Shown here: positions 1-10,274 of the stretch, piece by piece | Position numbering within the stretch: position 1 is the first letter of the stretch | Layout of the letters: every line of letters starts with the position of its first letter | DNA from: Planctomycetales bacterium | GTDB taxonomy: Bacteria; 4484-113 | Direction of reading: 5' to 3' | NCBI GenBank assembly: GCA_037441675.1 | Contig: JBBIRS010000004.1 | Coordinates: 94,617 to 158,616 of the forward strand | DNA: 64,000 nt | Notes under the pieces: generated by a model | Told to the model about the DNA's origin: nothing | Databases searched by the model: none | Seen by the model: only the letters and a program-made list of their open reading frames with translations | Translations under genes and position numbers: made by a program

Positions 1-210
1 TATCCAAACGTGGATTTTTACAGTGGGACAATCTACTACGCTCTTGGAATTGAGCCCGCAATGTACACTCCAATTTTCGCGGTTAGTAGAATAAGCGGTT
101 GGGTTGCGAGAATCCTTGAGTATCTTCCTCACAACCGCATTTACCGTCCGAGGGCAATTTATACAGGTCCTCTCGAAGCAAGCTATATTCCCTTAAAAGC
201 TAGAGGATAA
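1..210 (+). CDS. gltA: citrate synthase, C-terminal fragment (5' truncated by window edge)
   Basis: Frame from base 1 reads YPNVDFYSG...[19 protein letters not shown]...[11 protein letters not shown], the citrate synthase C-terminal signature. Confidence 0.92.
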   Translation, partial: YPNVDFYSGTIYYALGIEPAMYTPIFAVSRISGWVARILEYLPHNRIYRPRAIYTGPLEASYIPLKARG

Positions 211-401
211 GCGTATATTTTGCATCCATTGCTATAGGTCCTAATTAAGTGAATATCTGCGATTAGCTTAAGTTGTATAGTAAGAGAGCTACTTTCCACA
301 AACTTTTTAACTCGTCCCTATGAAAATTTCTGGAAGTTATTATCAAAATTAATATCACGGTAAAGATTGAGGTCTCCCGCAGGATTAAAGTTGAAGTCTT
401 A

Positions 402-1469
402 CTAATCCGCTAGGGTTTCTCTTATTTTCAATACCTCATCTAAGTTTGCCTTAAAGGTAGCGTAAATGGCAGGGTCAAAGTGCCTATCAGCTTCTTCATC
501 CATAATTTGAATAACCTTTTGTGGGCCATATTGAGGTTTGTAGGGTCGCTCAGATGTTAAGGCATCAAATACATCAGCAATTGCAGCTATTCTTCCAAAG
601 AGAGGTATTTTATCCATTTTTAGCCCAAATGGATATCCACTTCCATCAAACCATTCGTGGTGAGTAAGCGCAATTACCTCGCCTGCCTGAAGGTACTTAT
701 CCCATGCCCTTCCGAGTATTTCAGCGCCAATCAGTGTGTGCTGTTCCATTATGGCGCGTTCCTCCGGCGTTAACTTTCCAGGCTTTAGAAGAACATCATC
801 CGGTATCCCAATCTTTCCCACGTCATGAAGTGGCGCAGCCTGCGTAATTATCCTTACTTCGTCTTCACCTAACCCTAATTCCCTTGCAATGATACCGCAA
901 TAAAGCCCAATTCTTCTAATGTGTTTACCGGTCATTTCGTCCTTGTACTCCGCTGCGCGAGATAGGCGATAAATAGTGTTAAGATGGGCAGCTTCTAATT
1001 GTCTTAAGGCTTGGTCAAGCTCTAGCGTTCTTTGTTCCACCTCTCGCTCAAGCTCACGCTGATAGTGCTTCAGCTGGTCATGAAACTCCTTCATTGTGAG
1101 CATATTCCTAATGCGTAGGGAAAGCTCTGTTGGGTCAAGGGGTTTACTTAGGAACTCGTCCGCACCGCTTTTCAGTCCGGTAAGAACCGCCTCCCTATCC
1201 TTAAGCGCGGTGGCAATTATTACTGGTATGTCTTTCGTTTTCTCATTTTCCTTAACTTCCTTACATACTGAAAATCCATCACCATCCGGCATAACTACGT
1301 CAAGAATGACTAAATCCGGGTATCTACGAAGTGTTTTATCTAAAGCCTCTTTGGCGCTCTTTGCGGTATCTACAATATAACCTTCACGGGAGAGAAGATG
1401 CACATAGAAGTCCCTGATGACTTCTTCGTCATCTGCAACTAATACATAAGGAACTTTCGCTCCGGACAT
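402..1469 (-). CDS. REC + HD-GYP response regulator (RpfG-like c-di-GMP phosphodiesterase)
   Basis: REC motifs (VADDE, ILDVVMP, SKP), a coiled coil, then AAEYKD..TGKH..R, LHDVGKIG, HHEWFDGSGYP and ADVFDALTSERPYK. Confidence 0.93.
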   Translation of the reverse strand: MSGAKVPYVLVADDEEVIRDFYVHLLSREGYIVDTAKSAKEALDKTLRRYPDLVILDVVMPDGDGFSVCKEVKENEKTKDIPVIIATALKDREAVLTGLKSGADEFLSKPLDPTELSLRIRNMLTMKEFHDQLKHYQRELEREVEQRTLELDQALRQLEAAHLNTIYRLSRAAEYKDEMTGKHIRRIGLYCGIIARELGLGEDEVRIITQAAPLHDVGKIGIPDDVLLKPGKLTPEERAIMEQHTLIGAEILGRAWDKYLQAGEVIALTHHEWFDGSGYPFGLKMDKIPLFGRIAAIADVFDALTSERPYKPQYGPQKVIQIMDEEADRHFDPAIYATFKANLDEVLKIRETLAD

Positions 1470-1762
1470 ATAAATCTATTGGGCTTACGACCAACGATGC
1501 TCCAGGCGATTACTATTGAAATAACTATATGCAATTAGTATACTAAAAAGAAGAGTTTAAGTCAATCTGGATGTCTTCTGTTGCCTTGGGATACAGGCGT
1601 GCGAAAAAGTGTGATAGTAAAGCAACTCTCGTCTTCTTCACCTCTTTCTCCACGCTTCTGATTAAACTGCTGACAGAAAGGCTTTATATCAAATTCATTA
1701 TCATTCTTCTCATCCAACGGTTTTTTGCAACTACCCTCTTGGCTTCTCTCTTCTTTCTTACT

Positions 1763-2082
1763 CTATCTTAGATTATCAAGCCAGCCATACCAATCCTTCG
1801 GGCTAGTAATTACCCTTTCTGTAATTTTTTCAATCAACTTTAAGGCTTTAGGCTCTTTCAACTGCTCTTCCCACTTAGCATCTCTATATCCATAAAGAGT
1901 AAATAGGGCTAATCTATCATCGTGCTACTCATAGTCAGAGATGTAGTTCAGGATAATGACCTCGCGTTTACCCTTTGGTGCTTTAATAGTGGCTCCCGAT
2001 ATCTCTTTCTGGAGAAACCTCTTTAGGTTTTCTTATCTCTTGGCATAAAATTACAGCTATTACTATGTTTCTCCTTCGCCAC
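1763..2082 (-). pseudogene. decayed ORF of unknown function next to the tRNA-Pro 3' end
   Basis: AGGAGG (2089-2094) and GTG (2082) open a short frame. A second frame (2032-1763) reads as ~90 protein-like codons interrupted by one TAG (1925-1927). Confidence 0.35.
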
Positions 2083-2112
2083 CTACAGCCTCCTATATGA
2101 GAATTAGACTCA

Positions 2113-2187
2113 TCGGGGTGGCAGGATTTGAACCTGCGACCTCAGCGTCCCGAACGCTGCGCTCTAACCGGGCTGAGCCACACCCCG
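2113..2187 (-). tRNA. tRNA-Pro (anticodon CGG), CCA not encoded
   Basis: Reverse complement CGGGGTGTGGCTCAGCCCGGTTAGAGCGCAGCGTTCGGGACGCTGAGGTCGCAGGTTCAAATCCTGCCACCCCGA folds as a cloverleaf with anticodon arm CAGCG-TTCGGGA-CGCTG and T-loop GTTCAAATC. Confidence 0.97.
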
Positions 2188-2468
2188 GCTTCCCCAAACT
2201 ACCTTCACCACATACTCCTTCCGCTCCAATCCTTTAGGCTATCAATTTTTATTTTATCAGATTCACGCTCGCGCGTTTGACCAACGAGGTTGGAAGGTGA
2301 AGCAAATGATGCGTTAGAAATTGGTGAGAGTTGACACGGTGTCGGTAAAGACCTCGCTCTTCATCTGAAAACGGCAGGCGAAAGATCACATTCCATAAAA
2401 GTTAGAAAGCGGAAGTTGCTTGTACGCCTTACAGGAAAGTTGAATCTGCGCTAACATATTGAATAGAT

Positions 2469-2888
2469 ATGAAAGTAATAACGATAATGATGGTTGTAAC
2501 TTACATACTTGGACAATACCTATCCTGCGCTACGCCAGCTAGAAACGCTTACGTAAAGGGTCTGGAGTTGAAGCAAGCCAGGAAGTACGCAGATGCGCTA
2601 GAGTTCTTTGAGAAGGGGTTGAAATACGAACCTGATTCTCCATTGTTAAATTTTTACAAAGGTGAATGCCTAGCTCAGCTTTCCCGATGGCAGGAGGCAA
2701 AGGACATACTAACTCGCTTCCTTGAGCTTACCGAGAACGACAAGGAGAACTGGCGCGAGGAAAGGTGGATTGCAGAGTTTTATATCAAAAAGGCTCGCCA
2801 GATGCTGGGCGAGGAAGTTAAAAGCGAGGATACAAAAAGGTTTGATGAGGATGAGGATTATATGGGCGGAATAAATATAGTGAGATAA
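2469..2888 (+). CDS. tetratricopeptide-repeat protein, probable lipoprotein
   Basis: Hydrophobic N-terminus with YLSC lipobox-like motif; TPR pattern (AYVKG..., YADALEFFEKGLKYEP, YKGECLAQL); acidic tail. Confidence 0.7.
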   Translation: MKVITIMMVVTYILGQYLSCATPARNAYVKGLELKQARKYADALEFFEKGLKYEPDSPLLNFYKGECLAQLSRWQEAKDILTRFLELTENDKENWREERWIAEFYIKKARQMLGEEVKSEDTKRFDEDEDYMGGINIVR

Positions 2889-2954
2889 TATCAGAAGACG
2901 GTGCAGTGAGTGTCCTTCTATGAGTGATGTCAACCTATAAGACTTGAAAAAACA

Positions 2955-3710
2955 ATGGATGACATAGAAAAAGGCAAAGGAACAAGAGTTGTTGGTGTAA
3001 TTCCTGCGAGATACTCCTCCACGCGCTTCCCAGGTAAACCCTTAGCTCAAATTCTAGGCAAAACACTCATCGAACACGTTTATACAAGGGCAAAGAAGGC
3101 AACTAGCATAAGTGAGCTTGTCGTAGCCACTGACGATGAGAGGATTCTTCATCATTGCGAAAGCTTACGAATACCAGTGATTATGACATCGGACAAACAC
3201 CAAACTGGAACGGATAGGGTTTGCGAAGTGGCAATGAAGATGAACGCGCAAGCATTCGTGAACATTCAAGGAGATGAGCCTCTAATCTCTTCAGAAGCAA
3301 TTGATAATCTTGTTTTTACCGCCTTGAAGAATGAGGCAAGGGTTGCCACCCTGGTAACTTTACTTGATGAGGCAGACGAAGCTATTACCAACCCGAACGT
3401 GGTTAAGGTTGTTTTGGATAGACAGGGTTTCGCTCTTTATTTTTCAAGGAGTCCTATCCCCTATCAACGAATTAAAGGCTACTCTAACTATTACCAACAT
3501 ATAGGAGTTTACTTTTTTCAGCGGGTCTCACTTTTAGAGTTCAGCAGGTTACCACAGGGAAGACTTGAAAAAACGGAAGGCTTGGAACAATTGAGATATT
3601 TGGAGAATAAAATACCGATTTTGGCTGTGGAAACTGATTATCGCCCTGTAGCGGTGGACACCCCAAAAGACATAGAAAAGGTGGAAGCTATTCTCTTAGA
3701 TGACGGCTAG
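2955..3710 (+). CDS. kdsB: 3-deoxy-manno-octulosonate cytidylyltransferase
   Basis: IPARYSSTRFPGKPL, VATDD, HQTGTDR, VNIQGDEP, ALYFSRSPIP, HIGVY, LEQLR, VDT. Confidence 0.96.
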   Translation: MDDIEKGKGTRVVGVIPARYSSTRFPGKPLAQILGKTLIEHVYTRAKKATSISELVVATDDERILHHCESLRIPVIMTSDKHQTGTDRVCEVAMKMNAQAFVNIQGDEPLISSEAIDNLVFTALKNEARVATLVTLLDEADEAITNPNVVKVVLDRQGFALYFSRSPIPYQRIKGYSNYYQHIGVYFFQRVSLLEFSRLPQGRLEKTEGLEQLRYLENKIPILAVETDYRPVAVDTPKDIEKVEAILLDDG

Positions 3711-3721
3711 GGCTAGATGAA

Positions 3722-4960
3722 ATGAGCATTTTCTGGACATCTGTAAGGGTTGCATGGCGAAGTCTAAAGGCGCATAAACTAAGGAGTTTCTTGACCCTGC
3801 TTGGCGTGCTCATCGGTGTTTCCGTAGTAATCGCAATTGTCAGTTTAGGTGAAGGCTTGAGGATACTTTTCGCTGGTGAGATTGGAAGACTGGGAAAGAA
3901 CATCATTTACATAATGCCTAAAGAATTGATGCGTAGTGGACAAATTCATGGAGAAGGTGGTTTAGAGTTGTTCAAAAGTGATGATGTTAACGCGCTTAAG
4001 CGAAACACTACACTTCTAGCGGGCGTTCAGGCTGGAATGAGAATCCCACGACAAGTGAAGTTTAGAGACAAAACCTATCAGGCTTTAATAGAGGGTGGCG
4101 ATCCTGACTGGTTTGAAATGGCAGGAGTAAAAATTGCGGAAGGTAAAACATTTACTCAGGCGGACTATGAGGCTAGAAGTAGAGCCGCTGTAATTGGTCA
4201 AAACATCAAGAAAAGGCTTTTCCCTCAGTTCCAAAGTCCTGTTGGTGAAATGATAAAAATTGGCGATACCTATTTCACCGTTATAGGTGTTTTGGAGAAA
4301 TCTGGTGGAATGGGAAACGTTACCGAGGATGATTTTGTCATTGTGCCATTAACTACCCTTCAGGAAAGACTTACAGGAACTGATGACATTTTTTACATCT
4401 TAACAAGGGTTAAAGCAGACGCAGACATCGAACAAGCCAAGAAGGAAATTCACCAAGTATTACGCGCAAGAAGGCACATTACTGATCCTACAAAGGCGAA
4501 CTATGAAATATCAACTCCAGCTGATTGGCTTGAATTCGGGAACCACTTTGTGAACATTCTTGTTATGGTCTTTGGAACGATAGCTGGAATTTCACTTCTA
4601 GTTGGTGGAATCGGAATTATGAATATAATGCTTGTAAGCGTTACAGAAAGAACAAGAGAGATTGGACTTAGAATGGCGCTTGGAGCAACTAGAGGAAACG
4701 TACTGCTTCAGTTCCTCATTGAAGCTTTAGTCCTAACGGTTCTTGGCGGGATTGTTGGGCTTCTGCTTGGCTGGGCGTTTGCCTTTGGCTTAGGTTTTAT
4801 GTTGGAAAAACTGATTAGAGCTTCATGGACTCCAATGGTGCCCATTCCCATTATACTTCTCACCATTTTTGTGAGTTCTTGCATTGGCATTATCTTTGGA
4901 ATTTACCCCGCTTATCGTGCAAGCCAACTTGAACCGATAGAAGCCCTGAGGTACGAATGA
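3722..4960 (+). CDS. MacB/FtsX-family ABC transporter permease
   Basis: KLRSFLTLLGVLIGV, periplasmic MacB domain, LVGGIGIMNIMLVSVTERTREIGLRMALGA, YPAYRAS..PIEALRYE. Confidence 0.93.
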   Translation: MSIFWTSVRVAWRSLKAHKLRSFLTLLGVLIGVSVVIAIVSLGEGLRILFAGEIGRLGKNIIYIMPKELMRSGQIHGEGGLELFKSDDVNALKRNTTLLAGVQAGMRIPRQVKFRDKTYQALIEGGDPDWFEMAGVKIAEGKTFTQADYEARSRAAVIGQNIKKRLFPQFQSPVGEMIKIGDTYFTVIGVLEKSGGMGNVTEDDFVIVPLTTLQERLTGTDDIFYILTRVKADADIEQAKKEIHQVLRARRHITDPTKANYEISTPADWLEFGNHFVNILVMVFGTIAGISLLVGGIGIMNIMLVSVTERTREIGLRMALGATRGNVLLQFLIEALVLTVLGGIVGLLLGWAFAFGLGFMLEKLIRASWTPMVPIPIILLTIFVSSCIGIIFGIYPAYRASQLEPIEALRYE

Positions 4961-4973
4961 GGTTAAAAGAGTT

Positions 4974-6218
4974 ATGCTTTTAGCTATTGCAACAAGCTTT
5001 TCCATTGCCTTAAGAAATATCCTTGTAAATAAGCTAAGAAGCTTGTTAACGCTTTTAGGTGTGATAATAGGGGTCTCTGCAGTCATTGGCATCGTCAGCG
5101 TTGGCGAAGGGCTAAAAAGTTCCTTCATAAAGGAAGTGGGAAGCTACGGAAGCACCATCATCTACATCCTACCCAAGGGAGTTGTTCAGACTGGCGCTCA
5201 GTATATGCCACAAAAAGTAAAACCCTTTGAAGAGGCAGACGTAGAGGCGATAAGGAAAGAGGCTGAAAGCTTGCAATTTGTGATACCCTCTGCGGGAGTA
5301 GGCTCAAAGGCTAAGTATCAAGATAAAACTTATACAGTTCAGGTGGAAGGACATATCCCGCTATTCTTTGAAGGATCTGTAGTCCAGATTGCGAAGGGAA
5401 GAGCATTTAACGAGAAAGAATACAAAGGCGCAAGTAGAGTTGCAGTGCTTGGCGCAAAGGTTCGAGAGGAAATAGTACCTGCTTGGGAAGAGCCAATTGG
5501 GAAGGTTATAAAAATTGGAGAGGATAACTTTAACGTAATTGGTGTCCTCAAAGAGAAAGGCTCATCAATGACAGGATGGAATATTGACGCAAGTGTAATA
5601 ATCCCACTAACTACTCTGTGGAGCAGAATAAAGGGAAGTAAGGACATTGATTACATCGTCGCTATAGCTCAAGATCCAACAAAGATGGAACCAGCAAGGG
5701 AAGAAATAAAACGCGTGCTCAGAAAGAGACGACATATTACTGATGCAACCAAGGATGATTTTGAGCTGTTTACCACCGAAGACTTAGTGAGTTTTGCCAA
5801 CCAGTTTTTTAACACTCTTATCGTAGTATTTGGCTTCATCGCATTCTTTGCACTTCTTGTTGGCTCAATCGGCATTATGAACATAATGCTTGTAAGTGTG
5901 ACCGAAAGGAAAAGAGAAATTGGGATGAGGATGTCGGTTGGAGCATCACGCGCACGCATCCTAGGCCAATTTCTCACTGAAGCTATACTTCTTACATCTC
6001 TCGGAGGGGTGATTGGGCTTATTCTTGGATGGGGAATGGGAGTGGGAGTGGGACTTTGGCTTGCTAATCTTCTGGATACGGAATTTATCGCCAAAGTGCC
6101 TGTTAAGGTGGCAGTTATAGCCCTGATTATTAGTTGTGGAATTGGTATTCTCGCAGGAATTTATCCCGCTTATAGCGCTTCGCAGAAAGACCCAATTCGC
6201 TCACTTCGGTACGAGTAA
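4974..6218 (+). CDS. MacB/FtsX-family ABC transporter permease (tandem paralog)
   Basis: Same motifs as the upstream gene: KLRSLLTLLG, GIMNIMLVSVTERKREIG, YPAYSAS..PIRSLRYE. Confidence 0.93.
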   Translation: MLLAIATSFSIALRNILVNKLRSLLTLLGVIIGVSAVIGIVSVGEGLKSSFIKEVGSYGSTIIYILPKGVVQTGAQYMPQKVKPFEEADVEAIRKEAESLQFVIPSAGVGSKAKYQDKTYTVQVEGHIPLFFEGSVVQIAKGRAFNEKEYKGASRVAVLGAKVREEIVPAWEEPIGKVIKIGEDNFNVIGVLKEKGSSMTGWNIDASVIIPLTTLWSRIKGSKDIDYIVAIAQDPTKMEPAREEIKRVLRKRRHITDATKDDFELFTTEDLVSFANQFFNTLIVVFGFIAFFALLVGSIGIMNIMLVSVTERKREIGMRMSVGASRARILGQFLTEAILLTSLGGVIGLILGWGMGVGVGLWLANLLDTEFIAKVPVKVAVIALIISCGIGILAGIYPAYSASQKDPIRSLRYE

Positions 6219-6284
6219 GTAAGTTAATCCTCGTATTGCATTAAGAGGCATTGAGTAAGAATGTTTCTTGACAAGGCATTTTAG

Positions 6285-7424
6285 CTAAGCTTGGAAAATT
6301 GAAGATATCAATTCAAATAATTCCTTCGGCACCTTTGATTGAACCTTCACATAAAAGCAGATTTGCGCTAGTTCATTTAGTTTAACAGTAAGCTCAGGTG
6401 TGGAGAAGGTTACCCTAGGCATAAGTTCCTCAGGGAACTTTACCTTAAGTCCCTCTGCACTTTTTCCAGCTAGAAGATAAGGCAACATTCTGCAGGCATC
6501 TTTCTCCGTAGTTATGAAGAACTTGCATCCCTTTGATTTACCAAGATTAAGTAGGAAATCAATGTCTTTCAGATGATAAGAATGGTGGTCTGGAAAGCGA
6601 ATTGCGCAGGATATATCAGGATGAAGAGAAAGAGCAGTTTGCTCAAAACTCGCTGGATTGGCAATACCGGAAAAGATAATAGCTGTACCTGCTGGAACTG
6701 AAGCTTCCGCTTCTCTTATTTTTATTGATTCTTCAGCCCTTGTTATCCATAGATTGATAAGCTCGCTTAATGGTAGTAAACCCATTGGATAAATCTCAAG
6801 GGAGTAGCACTTTGAATCACTTATGAATTCTTTAGCAAGATTTGATGCGATTTCGTCTCTGAAAAGGGCAATGTCAGCCCTTTTGAGCTGGGTTACCTCC
6901 TCGCGTAAAAAACCTAATGGAAACGTTTTTTCAGAAAAATCCTGGCTCGTTACTATACAAATACCTAGATCGGGCTTTAGGCTAAAAAGCTGAAATCCAT
7001 CATCAACAAGAGCAAAATCGTAAAGAGAAGCTTCCTCAGCAATTCTTAAACCTGAAAGCTTATTTTTAGTATAGATAATGAACCCCTTATCGTTCCGAAC
7101 GTATATGTAAGTATTATCGCAATCTAAATTAAAAGAGGAATCATCCGAAAGTTGAATGAGCGAGTTTAGATAGAGTAAAAACTCATCAATAAAGTTATTT
7201 CGTTCACCTCGTTTAAGGACTAAACCACCCCTTTTACCACTGAGGAGCAATTTAGAGAAAAGTGTAAGTGTAAGAGGAGTTTTCCCCGCTCCACCAAGAG
7301 AAATATTTCCCACGGATAAAACCTTAATTCCCTCAAACTTCTTTGCAGAATTAAGAAACTTCGCCCTTCTTGTATTATAGAATTTGCGGTAAATTGGATG
7401 TAGCAGAAAGCCAAAAGTCCTCAT
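6285..7424 (-). CDS. lpxK: tetraacyldisaccharide 4'-kinase
   Basis: VGNISLGGAGKTP P-loop, DDGFQ, PLG.LRE, FSGIANP, FPDHH.Y, TTEKDA. Start taken at ATG 7424; the ORF is open to 7520. Confidence 0.9.
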   Translation of the reverse strand: MRTFGFLLHPIYRKFYNTRRAKFLNSAKKFEGIKVLSVGNISLGGAGKTPLTLTLFSKLLLSGKRGGLVLKRGERNNFIDEFLLYLNSLIQLSDDSSFNLDCDNTYIYVRNDKGFIIYTKNKLSGLRIAEEASLYDFALVDDGFQLFSLKPDLGICIVTSQDFSEKTFPLGFLREEVTQLKRADIALFRDEIASNLAKEFISDSKCYSLEIYPMGLLPLSELINLWITRAEESIKIREAEASVPAGTAIIFSGIANPASFEQTALSLHPDISCAIRFPDHHSYHLKDIDFLLNLGKSKGCKFFITTEKDACRMLPYLLAGKSAEGLKVKFPEELMPRVTFSTPELTVKLNELAQICFYVKVQSKVPKELFELISSIFQA

Positions 7425-7545
7425 TAAGGCTCTTTTGTAAATTATGCCTGACTTGTCATAGATTTGGTAATTTGAAACCATTTCAGGTATGATTGTATCT
7501 GAAAAGCAAAGAGTAATCACAGTGAATGAATATTAGGGGAAGCCT

Positions 7546-8124
7546 ATGCCAAAGCGAAAAGAAACAAAATTAAGCCAAAAGGAGAAATTGTGGGAATGTA
7601 AGTACTTCACAGTTTATGAGCAGAAGAAAGATGTTAAAAGTAAGGTGAGAAGCTTCTTTAGTGTAGAAAGACCAAACGGAAATACTGTGCATATAATCGC
7701 GATAACCGATGCGGATGAAGTTGTATTGATAAAACAATTTCGTCCTGCGGTAGGCTGTTTTGTTATTGAGCTTCCAGCTGGTATTTGCGATAAGGCTTCA
7801 GAATCTCTCCACGAGGTTGCACAACGGGAACTTTTGGAAGAGACCGGATACACTGCGGATGATTTTGACCTTATTTTTTCCGGCACCGTTTCTCCCGGCA
7901 TCACTAATGAACTCTATAATCTATTCCTCGCCACACCAGCCAGAAGGATCAAAAAGGGAGGTGGAACCTCCGGGGAAGATATTGAAGTAATTGTTATGCC
8001 TAGGCGTAGGCTTATAGAATTCCTAATCGAAACCAGCTTGGAGGGACAAATTCTGGTGGATGCTAAGATACCCGCCGCGTTAGCTCTCGCGGAAAAGTAC
8101 TTGAACCCTCAATCTATCTTCTAA
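7546..8124 (+). CDS. NUDIX hydrolase (ADP-ribose pyrophosphatase-like)
   Basis: KQFRP, ELPAG...AQRELLEETGY Nudix box, SPG, EDIEV. Confidence 0.9.
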   Translation: MPKRKETKLSQKEKLWECKYFTVYEQKKDVKSKVRSFFSVERPNGNTVHIIAITDADEVVLIKQFRPAVGCFVIELPAGICDKASESLHEVAQRELLEETGYTADDFDLIFSGTVSPGITNELYNLFLATPARRIKKGGGTSGEDIEVIVMPRRRLIEFLIETSLEGQILVDAKIPAALALAEKYLNPQSIF

Positions 8125-8187
8125 AAGATAATATTGAGAATGGCAGGAAGTTGAAGGCAAGCTACCATCACTATATGTGAAAACAGT

Positions 8188-9570
8188 ATGAAACATAAAC
8201 TCTTTCCCTATGGAAATGCGAGGTTACTTCTTATAAGGTTGAGTTGGAATTTAAGAATTTCGCTAGAGCTCCTATCCGTAATTATTCTTTTCATTATTAC
8301 AAATGGATGTAGGGGAGCAAAGTCAGCGGGAAACGTAAAGGTAACGCTTGAAAGGCAGATTAACTCCTTCTCACCACTTGATTCCTACTCCTTTGAAACA
8401 AATGATGAACGAAACACCTTTTTCCCTGCAGAGCTTATTTCAGTTAACACTGAAAATCCCACACTCAAGATACCTCTTCCGGGTTCAAGAAACGTCTATG
8501 TTGCTTACGCTGACGAAACAATCTACCTTGCCAGCTCGGAAGGCTACTTGGGGGCTTTTGATGGAAAAACAGGTAAGGTAATTTGGAAGCAGATAACTAA
8601 GAATTTGCCATATTACAAAGTGTATGTGACCCCATACTTCTTAGCAGTTTCAGAAGGCGGAGGTGAAGTAACACGCAACGGTAAGCTATGGTTCTTAGAC
8701 CTAAAATCGGGAAAAGTTATAAATCGCTATGACACTACCTGGCGCGTTGAGTATTTTTTACAGGATGATGAATATCTTTACTGCGTTAGCAGGCCTCTGG
8801 AATTAACAACATACTCCCTTAGCACCGGCGAAAGAAGAAATAGTACTTTCCTTTCTTTCTCCCCAAGAGGTGCAATGAGAAGTTCTGGCAAGCTAGTGTT
8901 ATTAAGCGAAGGTGGAGTGTTATTACTCGTTAATGCTGAGAATCTAATCACAGAGAAAGTTCACCTTTTCAACGAAACAGTTGTAAGCGCTCCGGTCTTG
9001 TGGAAAGAGAACTTAATTCTCCTTGTGAATAATAGAATACTAGCAGAAGATAGAAACATTGTAGTGTTTAACCTTAAGGATTTTACGCAGAGTATAAAAA
9101 TTCCGATGTCTAACTTTGCGGAAGCTGCGCCAGTTGTGGAAGCGGATACAATTTATATCGCCACTTCCGACGGAAGAGTTGCAGCCTACAACATCACTAA
9201 CGGAAGAAATGTGTGGACAACAGACATTCTCGCTCCAAGTGTTATCCTCGCCCTATATACGAACAGATTGCTCCTTTGGGCTCAGTATCTTAGTGAAACT
9301 GGACTTGAAAAGTTTAATGTTCCTGTTGAACAGCATCGGTTTTACTCTAGAAAGCCAGAATGGGCAGATGCGAAGAGCGATTATTCTCAAGCTTTAATCA
9401 TCCTAGAGAGAGCCAACGGAAAGGTAAGCCAAGTTCTTAGCCTGCCTTCTTCCACCTTATACTTTCCCCTGTTGCCCACCCCTTATCATGTCCTAGTTCA
9501 TAAGTTTGATGAGGGAATAATTGGATATGATTTGGAATTGAAACTCGCTCCACCAACAAGTATAAAATGA
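8188..9570 (+). CDS. PQQ-like beta-propeller lipoprotein (BamB-like)
   Basis: Hydrophobic segment plus TNGC lipobox; repeats such as GAFDGKTGKVIW and AAYNITNGRNVW. True start uncertain. Confidence 0.75.
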   Translation: MKHKLFPYGNARLLLIRLSWNLRISLELLSVIILFIITNGCRGAKSAGNVKVTLERQINSFSPLDSYSFETNDERNTFFPAELISVNTENPTLKIPLPGSRNVYVAYADETIYLASSEGYLGAFDGKTGKVIWKQITKNLPYYKVYVTPYFLAVSEGGGEVTRNGKLWFLDLKSGKVINRYDTTWRVEYFLQDDEYLYCVSRPLELTTYSLSTGERRNSTFLSFSPRGAMRSSGKLVLLSEGGVLLLVNAENLITEKVHLFNETVVSAPVLWKENLILLVNNRILAEDRNIVVFNLKDFTQSIKIPMSNFAEAAPVVEADTIYIATSDGRVAAYNITNGRNVWTTDILAPSVILALYTNRLLLWAQYLSETGLEKFNVPVEQHRFYSRKPEWADAKSDYSQALIILERANGKVSQVLSLPSSTLYFPLLPTPYHVLVHKFDEGIIGYDLELKLAPPTSIK

Positions 9571-10274
9571 TTTTAACACTTGACTGCGATAACACTTTAT
9601 ATCCAGCCTCTAAGGGCATAATGTCCATCAATGATGAGAGAATAAATCTTTATATTAAGCAAAAATTTGGACTTTCAGATAAAGAAACGAACCAATTAAG
9701 AGTGAACTATCTTAAGCAATATGGAACGACTCTTCGAGGCTTAATGGAGAACTTTGGAGTTGATCCAGAAGAGTATTTGGGCTTCGTTCATAATTATAAC
9801 CTTCAGGAAATACTAACGCAGAATGTAACCCTAGCGAATTTTCTCTCCACCGTTGATGTGCCAGTGATCGGTTTTTCCTCCGCCAATCGTGCACACGTTG
9901 AGAACGTTGCAAAAAATCTCGGTATCTTGCAGTTCATTGACGACATATACGACTTAAAGCGCGTTGATTACTGTGGCAAACCCGACTTGCACGCCTATCA
10001 AACACTTATGCAAGACTTTCTAGGAGAGGAATTTATTTTTGTTGATGACCGAATTCTAAATTTCCCGCCTGCAAGAGAATGCGGAATGATAACTGTTTAT
10101 GTGAATGAAACAGATGATACTTATGGAGAGAATGAATACTCTGGATTAAAAGTATTTCGGGAAGAAGCAATGAGATTAGCTAGCAAGAAAAATGAACTTG
10201 TGGATTTTGAGATACGATACATTGAGGAACTGGCAAGTATCTGGGAAAAAGTTAAGGAAATAATACAAAAGTGA
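9567..10274 (+). CDS. HAD-superfamily pyrimidine 5'-nucleotidase (SDT1-like)
   Basis: LDCDNTLYP, YGTTLRGL, GKPD, FVDD..LN. Overlaps both neighbours by 4 nt. Confidence 0.88.
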   Translation: MILTLDCDNTLYPASKGIMSINDERINLYIKQKFGLSDKETNQLRVNYLKQYGTTLRGLMENFGVDPEEYLGFVHNYNLQEILTQNVTLANFLSTVDVPVIGFSSANRAHVENVAKNLGILQFIDDIYDLKRVDYCGKPDLHAYQTLMQDFLGEEFIFVDDRILNFPPARECGMITVYVNETDDTYGENEYSGLKVFREEAMRLASKKNELVDFEIRYIEELASIWEKVKEIIQK

